DNA of 64,000 nucleotides from a virus: IMG/VR virus record IMGVR_UViG_3300045988_134731, positions 64,001 to 128,000 of that record; one strand, 5' to 3'. Shown piece by piece: positions 56,341 to 64,000 of this stretch (position 1 is its first letter; each line of letters starts with the position of its first letter). The notes under the pieces were generated by a model. It saw only the letters and a program-made list of their open reading frames with translations, ran no database searches and was not told where the DNA came from. The position numbers and the translations under genes were made by a program.

Positions 56341-56485
56341 TTAAGAACCGAATAGGGGGTTAATATTTAAATTAACTTCCTATTGAGTTCTTAAATATGA
56401 TATAAGAACTCGAACATAATTCTCCCCTTTAGGTTACGGCTAAAAACTCCTTCCATCAGTCGTAACCATTTTTTCATTTTTTTAA
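56341..56485 (+). other. structured non-coding region upstream of the packaging genes (candidate pac/cos or terminator)
   Basis: Long imperfect hairpin at 56341-56392, then GGTTACG...CGTAACC plus T6 at about 56442-56485. Confidence 0.35.
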
Positions 56486-56499
56486 AGGAGAGTGATAAA

Positions 56500-57345
56500 A
56501 TGGCAGACACAAAACAATGTTCAGCTACAGGTAAATTTAAACCTACCGTTAGAGATTTCTACTCTACACAATCAATGCTTTATGAGCATGATAAAAAATT
56601 ACCTATGAGTAAAGAAGTAGTTGACAAGTATTTTAAAAGGTTGTTAAAGAATTATAATAACGACCATAGGTTGGCTTTCATACATTTATGTATGGTTTTA
56701 GATATGTATTATGATGAAGAAACGTATTTAAAATGTGTTGAAAAATATGGTAATAATTTTTTAGGTAATTATACTAGAATAATTAATAGAGATAAAGCAT
56801 TTAAAGGATTGACATCATTAGACAATATGCTTACTTATGATGGTGTAACCAATATTATTACTGGAGAAACAGTTACTTCAAGTGAAATTGTTGACTTTTG
56901 GGGTAAGGGATTCCAAGATGATGAATATGAATTACTTCAAAGAAAATATGAACAATACACAGACAATTATCCATCTAAAGCCATTCAAGAGGTAAATTTA
57001 ATTAAAACAATATGTATGTTAGAAGTTTTAAGAGAAAGAGCTATAGTTAAGAATGACCAAAAAGCATTTGAAAACTTAACTAATCAAATTTCTAAACGTA
57101 TGGAAGAATTAAATGTTTTACCATCTAAAATGAGTAAATATGGTGAAGACGATAACTTAAGTTATGGAAATTTAATAGCAATAATAGAAAAAAATGAACC
57201 TATCCCAGATGTTCATCCAGAATACGATGATGTTGATAGAATTAAATGGTGGTTAAATCGTTATTTCTTAAATCCTATCAAGAAATTAATGAATAATGAT
57301 TCAACTCCTTATACAGAGGAGGATGAAAAGGGATATGGAGAATAA
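56500..57345 (+). CDS. putative terminase small subunit (assigned by position only)
   Basis: 281-aa ORF whose stop overlaps the terL start. No motif recognised. Confidence 0.35.
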   Translation: MADTKQCSATGKFKPTVRDFYSTQSMLYEHDKKLPMSKEVVDKYFKRLLKNYNNDHRLAFIHLCMVLDMYYDEETYLKCVEKYGNNFLGNYTRIINRDKAFKGLTSLDNMLTYDGVTNIITGETVTSSEIVDFWGKGFQDDEYELLQRKYEQYTDNYPSKAIQEVNLIKTICMLEVLRERAIVKNDQKAFENLTNQISKRMEELNVLPSKMSKYGEDDNLSYGNLIAIIEKNEPIPDVHPEYDDVDRIKWWLNRYFLNPIKKLMNNDSTPYTEEDEKGYGE

Positions 57346-57808
57346 GTTAAAATGTAAACAAAGAAAAAAATTAAAAAAAGATTCATATGAAAATTTATTA
57401 GATGGTGTAAAAATATGGACTGAATATTTTAGAAAAAATCCACATAGATTTTGTATGGATTTTTTAGGAATTAATCTATATTGGTTTCAACAAGTATTGC
57501 TTTATATGATGAATATAAGTACTTCAATGGCATTTATTGCATCGCGTGGTTTGGGAAAATCGTTCTTAACCGCTGTATTCTGTTGTTGTAGAGCAATATT
57601 ATATCCAGGTTCAAAAATAATAGTTGCATCTGGTAATAAAGACCAAGCAGGATTGATTATAACTGAAAAGATTGAAGATTTACGAATGAATTATCCTGCA
57701 TTAGCAAAAGAGATAAAGAAAATTCAAAATAATAAAGATAATGTTAAATGTATTTTTAAAAATGGTTCTGTAATAACTGCAATAGCATCTAATGATGGAG
57801 CTAGAGGT
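57335..57808 (+). CDS. terL: terminase large subunit, exon 1
   Basis: ASRGLGKS (Walker A-like), ending ...SNDGARG. The ATG at 57335 overlaps the upstream stop. Confidence 0.7.
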
Positions 57809-58125
57809 TAAGTTTAGCCGTCTAAAAGAGAAATTTTTTAGATTATTAGAGGGATGTATCGGTTCACTAAGTGAATAATAATTTTATGTTAAGACAGTAT
57901 AAAATTAAAAGTGAGTCCTCCTATTTGTATGGGATAATACCGAGAGCAGTAATATCTAATACTGTTTGTAACGCATAAGGAATGAACGATAATATGAGAG
58001 TAATAATTTCCTCACGAGCTTCCTCCCCTTAACAGATAATGCTGAAGGTGAAAATATATGCTGAGCTTACATGATGGTAAAATGTAAGAACTATAAGATA
58101 AAAAGCTTATAGGGTAACAAAACTG
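57809..58125 (+). ncRNA. putative group I self-splicing intron 1 (317 nt, no ORF)
   Basis: Stops occur in all frames. The upstream exon ends in T and the intron ends in G. Conserved blocks are shared with intron 2. Removal restores ARG-LRGNVLVADEF. Confidence 0.55.
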
Positions 58126-58280
58126 TTACGTGGAAATGTGCTAGTCGCAGATGAATTTAGGCTTATCAAATTAGATATAATAAATTCAGTTTTAAAACAA
58201 TTCTTAACAAATCCAAGAAAACCTCCATTTTTAGAAAAACCCGAATATGCAGATTATCCATTAGAATCAAATATGGAGAT
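58126..58280 (+). CDS. terL: terminase large subunit, exon 2
   Basis: LRGNVLVADEFRLIK supplies the Walker B / DE motif that exon 1 lacks. It ends ...LESNME(I). Confidence 0.6.
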
Positions 58281-58689
58281 AAAAAGATATGTCTCAATAT
58301 AAGTAAAGTATAAGTGCTTATATTTAAAATAGGGTAAAATCGGTCAAATGTATAGTGATATACATGGTAAGGAAGGCTAAGTCTATAAAGTTAATTAATG
58401 ATTTTTACGTTATAGATAAGCTAATACCGAGATAACTTATATGTTTAAAAACTATAAGTATTGTAACGCATAGGGGCTGAAACTGTTTGAGGGATAATTA
58501 CCCTCCACAGAATATAATGCCGTAATTATTTTACATACTAAAATTAGTATCCCAAGAGTATCCTACATTCATTATACAGAATTTAGAGAATGAAAATATA
58601 TGCTAAACTGGGTTAGAATTGACTAACCGATGAAAATGAGGGAAACCTCCAGAGTATAGGATAAAAAGCCTATAGTTAATAACAAATTG
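58281..58689 (+). ncRNA. putative group I self-splicing intron 2 (409 nt, no ORF)
   Basis: Same boundary rules (T before, G at the end). It shares ATACCGAGA...TGTAACGCATAGG, ATAATGC, GAAAATATATGCT and ATAAAAAGCyTATAG...AACAAAwTG with intron 1. Confidence 0.5.
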
Positions 58690-59809
58690 ATATCTTTCTA
58701 GTGCATGGTTAAAAGTTCACTGGAGTTATGAAAAGTTTATGACTATACTAAATAGAATGTTTGAAGGTGGTAAGGCATTTGCTTGTGCAATTCCTTATTT
58801 AGCTTCTTTAGACCATAAACTTGTATTAAAAGATAAGATTGAAGAAGATAAAGAGGACATGGGCGAATTTGTATTTAATATGGAATATGGAGCTATATGG
58901 CATGGACAAAGTGGTGATTGCTTCTTTAATACATCTGATATGTTAAATGCTAGAGTTTTAAAGAATTGTTATTATCCATTAACAGATGACGACTATAGAA
59001 ATCCGGAAGAGAAGAAAAAGAAATTAAGACAAATGCCTAAAAAGAAAGACGAAATAAGAATAATTTCGGTCGATGTAGCCACAGCAAAAGCTAACAAATC
59101 AAATAAAAATGATAACTCTATTTTTACTTTATGGAGATTACTTCCTAGTGGAAATAATATTATTAGAGAAGTTGTTTATATGGAATCACATAATGGTATG
59201 AAATTTGAAAAACAAGCCACTAGAATTAAGAGATTATATACAGAATTTAAAGCTGATAAAATCATTATAGATGGTGGTGGATTAGGTATAGCGGTAATAC
59301 AAGAGATGGAAAAATCATCTTATGACGAAGGTATCGATGAACATTACGAACCTTTTGGTATTTATGATATGAGTACACAATCAAAAGATTTTGAACCTTT
59401 AAAGAATGGTATAAATTGTATATATGTGATTAAAGGGAATCAAAAAATAAATAATGATTGTGCCGTATATCTTAAAAATGCTTTTGGTAGTAAAAAAATA
59501 AGATTATTAATAGAAGAAAATGAAAAAAGAGGAGACTTTAGTAAAGACTTAAAATATCATCAAGACGCTGAATATCATGCTAATAAAATAGCACCATTTA
59601 TTCAAACATCTAATTTTATATTTGAATCAATAAACTTAGATTATGAAACTATGGGGAATGGTGATATAGTTCTTAAAGAAAAAGGAAGAAATCGTAAGGA
59701 TAGATATTCTTCTATTACTTATGGTAATTATTTAGCAGAATTGATAGAAAGAGATATAAGAAAGAAAAATAGGAATAAGAAAAAGAGACATATTTTCTTA
59801 GCTAATTAA
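58690..59809 (+). CDS. terminase large subunit, exon 3 (nuclease domain)
   Basis: Begins (I)YLSSAWLKVHWSYEKF. The three exons total 1749 nt (583 codons including the stop) and are in frame. Confidence 0.65.
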
Positions 59810-59826
59810 AAAAGGTGGTGAGATAT

Positions 59827-61287
59827 TTGAGCGAAGAGAAAGACAATAAAAAGAATAATTTGAAATTTGCGCAACAAGCTTCTATGGTTGATATAAGTAA
59901 CATAGATAAAATATCTAGCAATAGAAAAAGAAGTAAGGTGGATACTGACACTATAGCTAGTGCTTTAGAAAATCCTTATTCTAATGTTACTACACTACAA
60001 CAGCAAGCCGAGTTAATGAGGGTTATTAATGGTAATTTAAAAGAAATAATAAATTATAAATCGAATTTGTTAACTTACGACCATTATTTAGTTCCATTAG
60101 ATGTTAGTAAGTTTATGACTAAAGGACAAGATAATTTTTTTAAATCTTATAGAAAAGCGTGTTCAGAATTAGAAAAATATAATTTAAAAACTCTTTGTCC
60201 ATGGATTCTAGAAAGTGAATTTAGAAAAGGAGAAATATATCTATATAAACAGGAAACAAGTGATAGCATTACATTCGTTTCTTTGCCAGAAGATTTATGT
60301 AAAGTCACTTATACTGAATCTTTTATGTTAGGTTATAGCATAAAACTTAGTGGTATTAATACTAAACAATTAGGATATTACCCAACAGACATTCAAGATT
60401 TATATGCAAGCTATAAAGCAGGTACATTAAAGAATGATGAAAATTTCGTAGATAACTATTATAAATTACCACTTGAAAACGCAATAGCTTTTCTTCCAGA
60501 AGTAATAGAAAGTAAAGGTATTCCATATTATTCTGGATTGCTTTTAGATTTAAGTAGGATAAAAGATTTAGCAGATGCTAGCATGGAAAATATTGAGGCT
60601 AATAATTTTAAATTAATTCATCAACTATTGCCTACAGATGATGACGGTGATTTAAGTATAGAGCCAGAAACAGCAACGTTTTATCATAGAGCATTAGTTA
60701 AAAATGTCAGAGATGGTATAGGTGTTGTAAGTTCACCTTATCCAATAGATTCCGTTTCATTACAAACTAATAAGGTTTCTGATTATGAGGAAATAAACAA
60801 TTTAACTAAAAATGTATACGATACAGCTGGTATAGATAGTAATTTATTTAATGGTGACAATAGAAGTAGTACACAATCTGTAATTTATGGAACGATTGTT
60901 GACAGTTTAGCACCATTAAATTTATTGGATAGAATTAAAATTTGGTTAAATTATGCTTTTAGTAAAAATTCATCATTAAAGAACTTTCAATTGTGTTTTT
61001 GTGATACAACCAAATTTAATAAAGAGGAAAGAATCCAATCTAGTTGCAATAGATTAACTACATGGGCAAGCAAATTGGAATATTTAGGATTATGTGGATA
61101 TTCTCCGTTAGAAGCGTTGAATATATTACAAATAGAATCAATACTAGATTTTAGCAATTTAATGACTCCATTAGCTAATAGTCATAGTCAAGTTATTGAT
61201 AATGATAAAGGTGGAAGACCAAAGGCTAGTGAACAATCTGGTGACCCAAATAGAGCGCCGGTGGCAGACAATGCAGGAGATTATTAA
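59827..61287 (+). CDS. portal protein (start uncertain: TTG 59827 or GTG 59815)
   Basis: About 490 aa, immediately after terL. The GGTGGTG RBS is 6 nt before the TTG. Assigned by position and size. Confidence 0.55.
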   Translation: MSEEKDNKKNNLKFAQQASMVDISNIDKISSNRKRSKVDTDTIASALENPYSNVTTLQQQAELMRVINGNLKEIINYKSNLLTYDHYLVPLDVSKFMTKGQDNFFKSYRKACSELEKYNLKTLCPWILESEFRKGEIYLYKQETSDSITFVSLPEDLCKVTYTESFMLGYSIKLSGINTKQLGYYPTDIQDLYASYKAGTLKNDENFVDNYYKLPLENAIAFLPEVIESKGIPYYSGLLLDLSRIKDLADASMENIEANNFKLIHQLLPTDDDGDLSIEPETATFYHRALVKNVRDGIGVVSSPYPIDSVSLQTNKVSDYEEINNLTKNVYDTAGIDSNLFNGDNRSSTQSVIYGTIVDSLAPLNLLDRIKIWLNYAFSKNSSLKNFQLCFCDTTKFNKEERIQSSCNRLTTWASKLEYLGLCGYSPLEALNILQIESILDFSNLMTPLANSHSQVIDNDKGGRPKASEQSGDPNRAPVADNAGDY

Positions 61288-61307
61288 AAAATATGGGAGG
61301 AAGATAT

Positions 61308-61484
61308 ATGAATTATAAAAATCCATTATATATATGTTACGATGCTAAACAAAAGAAATTTTTAATAAATGAAGGACTTAAATATTATGTTTGCGGTTTA
61401 AATCCTAATAATCATAAAACATTTTGGGTATTTATGAGGGATGAAGATTTAGATTCAGCATTAAATAAATGGAATAAAAAATAA
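61308..61484 (+). CDS. small protein, paralog of 56165 and 63380 (start trimmed)
   Basis: GGGAGGAAG RBS before MNYKNPLY. NEGLKYYVCGLNPNNHKTFWVFMRDEDLDSALNKWN. Confidence 0.5.
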   Translation: MNYKNPLYICYDAKQKKFLINEGLKYYVCGLNPNNHKTFWVFMRDEDLDSALNKWNKK

Positions 61485-61510
61485 TTAATAAAATATTAGG
61501 AGGAATATAT

Positions 61511-62509
61511 ATGTATTTTAATGAAAAACATAAAGAAAAAGTTGAAAATCGTGGAGATGGTTATGTCTATGTAGGAAGTTATCATAAAAATGAAGTAACT
61601 ATGGATGGGAAAAATAAAAAATATAGTAATACTTATGTAAGGGTTAAATGTCCTTATTGTAAAAAGGACTATGATGTTATATTTGGTCATTTTAATCGTG
61701 GTAGTAAATGTCCTAATTGTTGTCATAGTTATGAGAATAGTTTTGCTTATTATATTGAAAAAGAATTAAATGAAAAATTAGAGGATTATTGGGACTTTGA
61801 AGAAAATGAAAGAAGAGGTATAAATCCTTACTGTATAACTTGTAAAAGTCATAATAAAATCATTTTAATATGTGATAAAACTGATTATCATGGTAATTAT
61901 ACTACAACTCCTGCTCATTTTTTAGAAGGTAAAAGATGCCCTTATTGTTCACATACAAATGGTAAAATACATCCAAAAGATAGTTTTGGAGCTTTATATC
62001 CTGAAAAAGCCAAATATTGGTCTCCTAATAACAAGAAATCACCTTTTAAAGTAACACCTAGAACTAATATAAAATATAAGTTTATATGTGAAGAATGTGG
62101 TAATGAATTTGAGAGGGATTTAGCAAATTTAAATCAAGTTGATACAGGTGTGTTTTGTAGAGAATGTAATTCTTCTCAATTAGAAATAAAAACTAAGAAT
62201 GTATTAGTTAAATATAATATCAAATATGAAATGCAAGTGAAATATGACGATTTATTAGGACTAGGAAAAAGAAATCTTTCTTATGACTTTTACTTACCAA
62301 GTTATAACCTATTGATAGAGTGTCAAGGCGTACAACACGAATCATGGCAAAAAACTTGGATTACCAAAGAGGATTTTGAAAAACAATTAGAACATGATAG
62401 GAGAAAAAGAGAATATGCACAAAAACATAACATTAGATTATTAGAAATTTGGTATTATAACATAGATAATATCGAAGATATATTAATAAAAGAATTAAAT
62501 TTAGGATAG
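61511..62509 (+). CDS. free-standing nuclease-like protein (zinc ribbons plus a PD-(D/E)xK-like domain), paralog of 55178
   Basis: MYFNEKHKEKV... is collinear with 55178. C-terminus is LSYDFYLPSYNLLIECQGVQH. Confidence 0.55.
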   Translation: MYFNEKHKEKVENRGDGYVYVGSYHKNEVTMDGKNKKYSNTYVRVKCPYCKKDYDVIFGHFNRGSKCPNCCHSYENSFAYYIEKELNEKLEDYWDFEENERRGINPYCITCKSHNKIILICDKTDYHGNYTTTPAHFLEGKRCPYCSHTNGKIHPKDSFGALYPEKAKYWSPNNKKSPFKVTPRTNIKYKFICEECGNEFERDLANLNQVDTGVFCRECNSSQLEIKTKNVLVKYNIKYEMQVKYDDLLGLGKRNLSYDFYLPSYNLLIECQGVQHESWQKTWITKEDFEKQLEHDRRKREYAQKHNIRLLEIWYYNIDNIEDILIKELNLG

Positions 62510-62517
62510 GTGATATA

Positions 62518-63369
62518 ATGGATTATAATATTTTATCAACAAATCCTTATAGCGATTATATGTGTAAAGGAATACAATTATCTAATGTACAAGCTTTACA
62601 TAAACAAGGATATAAAGGAAAAGGACAAAGAGTTTGTATTATTGATACAGGTTCACATTCTCATTCATTTATAGTTAATAATATTGTAGCAGGTAAAAAT
62701 TTTACAAATGAAGGAACTTCAGAAGATTATACTGATAAAAATAATCATGGTAGTTTCTGTATAGGTGAGGTAATACAAATAGCACCAGAGTGTGAAGTAG
62801 TAGTTGCTAAAGCACTAAACTCTAAAAGTGAAGGTGATATGAAAAGTATTATAAATGCTTTTAAATATGCCTTAGAACAAAATGTTCATGTAATATCTAT
62901 GAGTTTAGGGAGTACTGAAAATGATGAAGAATTGCACAATTTAGTAAAAGAAGCAACTAAACGTGGTATTTTAGTTTGTACTTCAGCAGGAAATAATGGT
63001 GATGGAAATGCAGATACAGATGAATATGGATATCCTGCTAGTTATCAAGAATGTGTAAATGCAGGTGCAGTAAATCAAGATTTATCTATTGCAAAATATA
63101 GCAATTCAAATGAATGGGTAGATATAGTAGCTTGTGGAACAAATATCGTTTCATGTTATTTTAATAATAAATGGTGTTTATCAAGTGGAACTTCAATGGC
63201 TTGCCCTATAGTTGCAGGAACAGCATTATTATTAAGAGAAAAATTTATAAATAAATATGGTAGAATTCCTTCGGAAGAAGAATTATATGCAAGACTTATA
63301 AAGCATACTAAAGACTTAGGTATAAGTTCAAAACTTCAAGGCGAAGGATTTTTATATATAAATGAGTAG
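62518..63369 (+). CDS. subtilisin-like (S8) serine protease
   Basis: Catalytic triad blocks CIIDTGS (Asp), NNHGSFCIGEV (His) and SGTSMACPIVAG (Ser). Confidence 0.8.
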   Translation: MDYNILSTNPYSDYMCKGIQLSNVQALHKQGYKGKGQRVCIIDTGSHSHSFIVNNIVAGKNFTNEGTSEDYTDKNNHGSFCIGEVIQIAPECEVVVAKALNSKSEGDMKSIINAFKYALEQNVHVISMSLGSTENDEELHNLVKEATKRGILVCTSAGNNGDGNADTDEYGYPASYQECVNAGAVNQDLSIAKYSNSNEWVDIVACGTNIVSCYFNNKWCLSSGTSMACPIVAGTALLLREKFINKYGRIPSEEELYARLIKHTKDLGISSKLQGEGFLYINE

Positions 63370-63379
63370 GTGATATATT

Positions 63380-63565
63380 ATGAATAAATTCATATATGCA
63401 TTTAATGAAGAAGATAAACATGAACTTTTAAATCGAGGATTAGTGTTTTTATCTGAAGGTATTATAGACAATAAAACTGTTTATATTTTTCTTAATAGTA
63501 CTAAAGTTAAATTCAGTAATGAAGATAAAAGAAAATTCATGTTTTCTAATAAATTATTTTTCTAA
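63380..63565 (+). CDS. small protein, paralog of 56165 and 61308
   Basis: ORF with a GGTGA RBS and similar length and pattern. Confidence 0.5.
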   Translation: MNKFIYAFNEEDKHELLNRGLVFLSEGIIDNKTVYIFLNSTKVKFSNEDKRKFMFSNKLFF

Positions 63566-63589
63566 GAAGAAAGGGGGTGTGAATTAGAA

Positions 63590-64000
63590 TTGGGAAATAA
63601 ACATTTAAAATTATATAGTGAAATGGAAGTTTTTAAATCTTCAAGTGATAGTAGATTTGTTCCCTGTAGAATACTTGCATGCCACGACCAAGATAATTTA
63701 AATGGTTCTTGGTTTGATTCAGAAACACAAATGAAATGTGCTGAAAAAAGTATTAGAGGTATACCCTTATTAGCTCATGTTTATAAAAATGAAGATGACG
63801 AATGGGTTTTAGGTGGACATGATACTAAAGTGGAGGCTACTGATACTCCAGATGGTTACGACTATCAATTGATATATCTTGAAAAAGCTTATGGATTTGT
63901 TCCAGAAGATACTATAATTACACAAGTAGAAAAAGACGGTAAGAAATATTTATCTTGCACAGCATTAATATGGAGGGAGTATTCCCAACAATTACTTGAT
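63590..64000 (+). CDS. head-module protein, N-terminal part (possibly a prohead protease or scaffold); continues beyond the window
   Basis: Open frame from the TTG at 63590 (AAGGGGGTG upstream) to the window end. ACHDQDNLNGSWFDSE...IPLLAHV loosely recalls prohead protease N-termini. Confidence 0.35.
   Translation, partial: MGNKHLKLYSEMEVFKSSSDSRFVPCRILACHDQDNLNGSWFDSETQMKCAEKSIRGIPLLAHVYKNEDDEWVLGGHDTKVEATDTPDGYDYQLIYLEKAYGFVPEDTIITQVEKDGKKYLSCTALIWREYSQQLLD

Noticed and set aside
57809-58689. Alternative readings of the terL gap: an intein, or three independent genes
   Set aside because: The inserts have stop codons in all frames, so they are not inteins. The 155-nt middle piece has no RBS or start codon, and it carries precisely the missing Walker B segment, which favours RNA splicing.

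Overview
Very AT-rich, densely packed DNA with GGAGG-type ribosome-binding sites and TTGACA/TATAAT promoters, typical of a Firmicutes (Clostridia-like) host. I read it as part of a large phage or phage-plasmid. From 1 to 41.4 kb there are about 75 small genes, all on the minus strand. They encode early, accessory and DNA-metabolism functions: beta-CASP nuclease, ClpP-like protease, DNA ligase, three DNA methyltransferases, two small sigma factors, an SF2 helicase, a tyrosine recombinase, antirepressors and a ParM/ParR partition pair. From 41.4 to 43.7 kb there is about 2.3 kb of non-coding, repeat-dense DNA with three perfect DnaA boxes. From 43.7 to 47.4 kb lies a plasmid-like module: a replication-relaxation protein, an FtsK-like translocase, and a Rep_3-type initiator with five iterons. 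From 47.6 to 64 kb the genes are on the plus strand and run into a packaging/head module (terminase, portal, proteases). The main unexplained signals are these. (1) An oriented 15-mer, AAAATAATTAATAAA, sits at about 60 gene junctions. (2) A second conserved 32-nt promoter-like element occurs in nine copies, often followed by a strong RBS and a start-stop or mini-ORF. (3) The large terminase gene is split by two related group-I-like introns. (4) There is extensive paralogy and free-standing nuclease-like genes. All functional calls come from motifs recognised by eye, with no database search, so family names are hypotheses.
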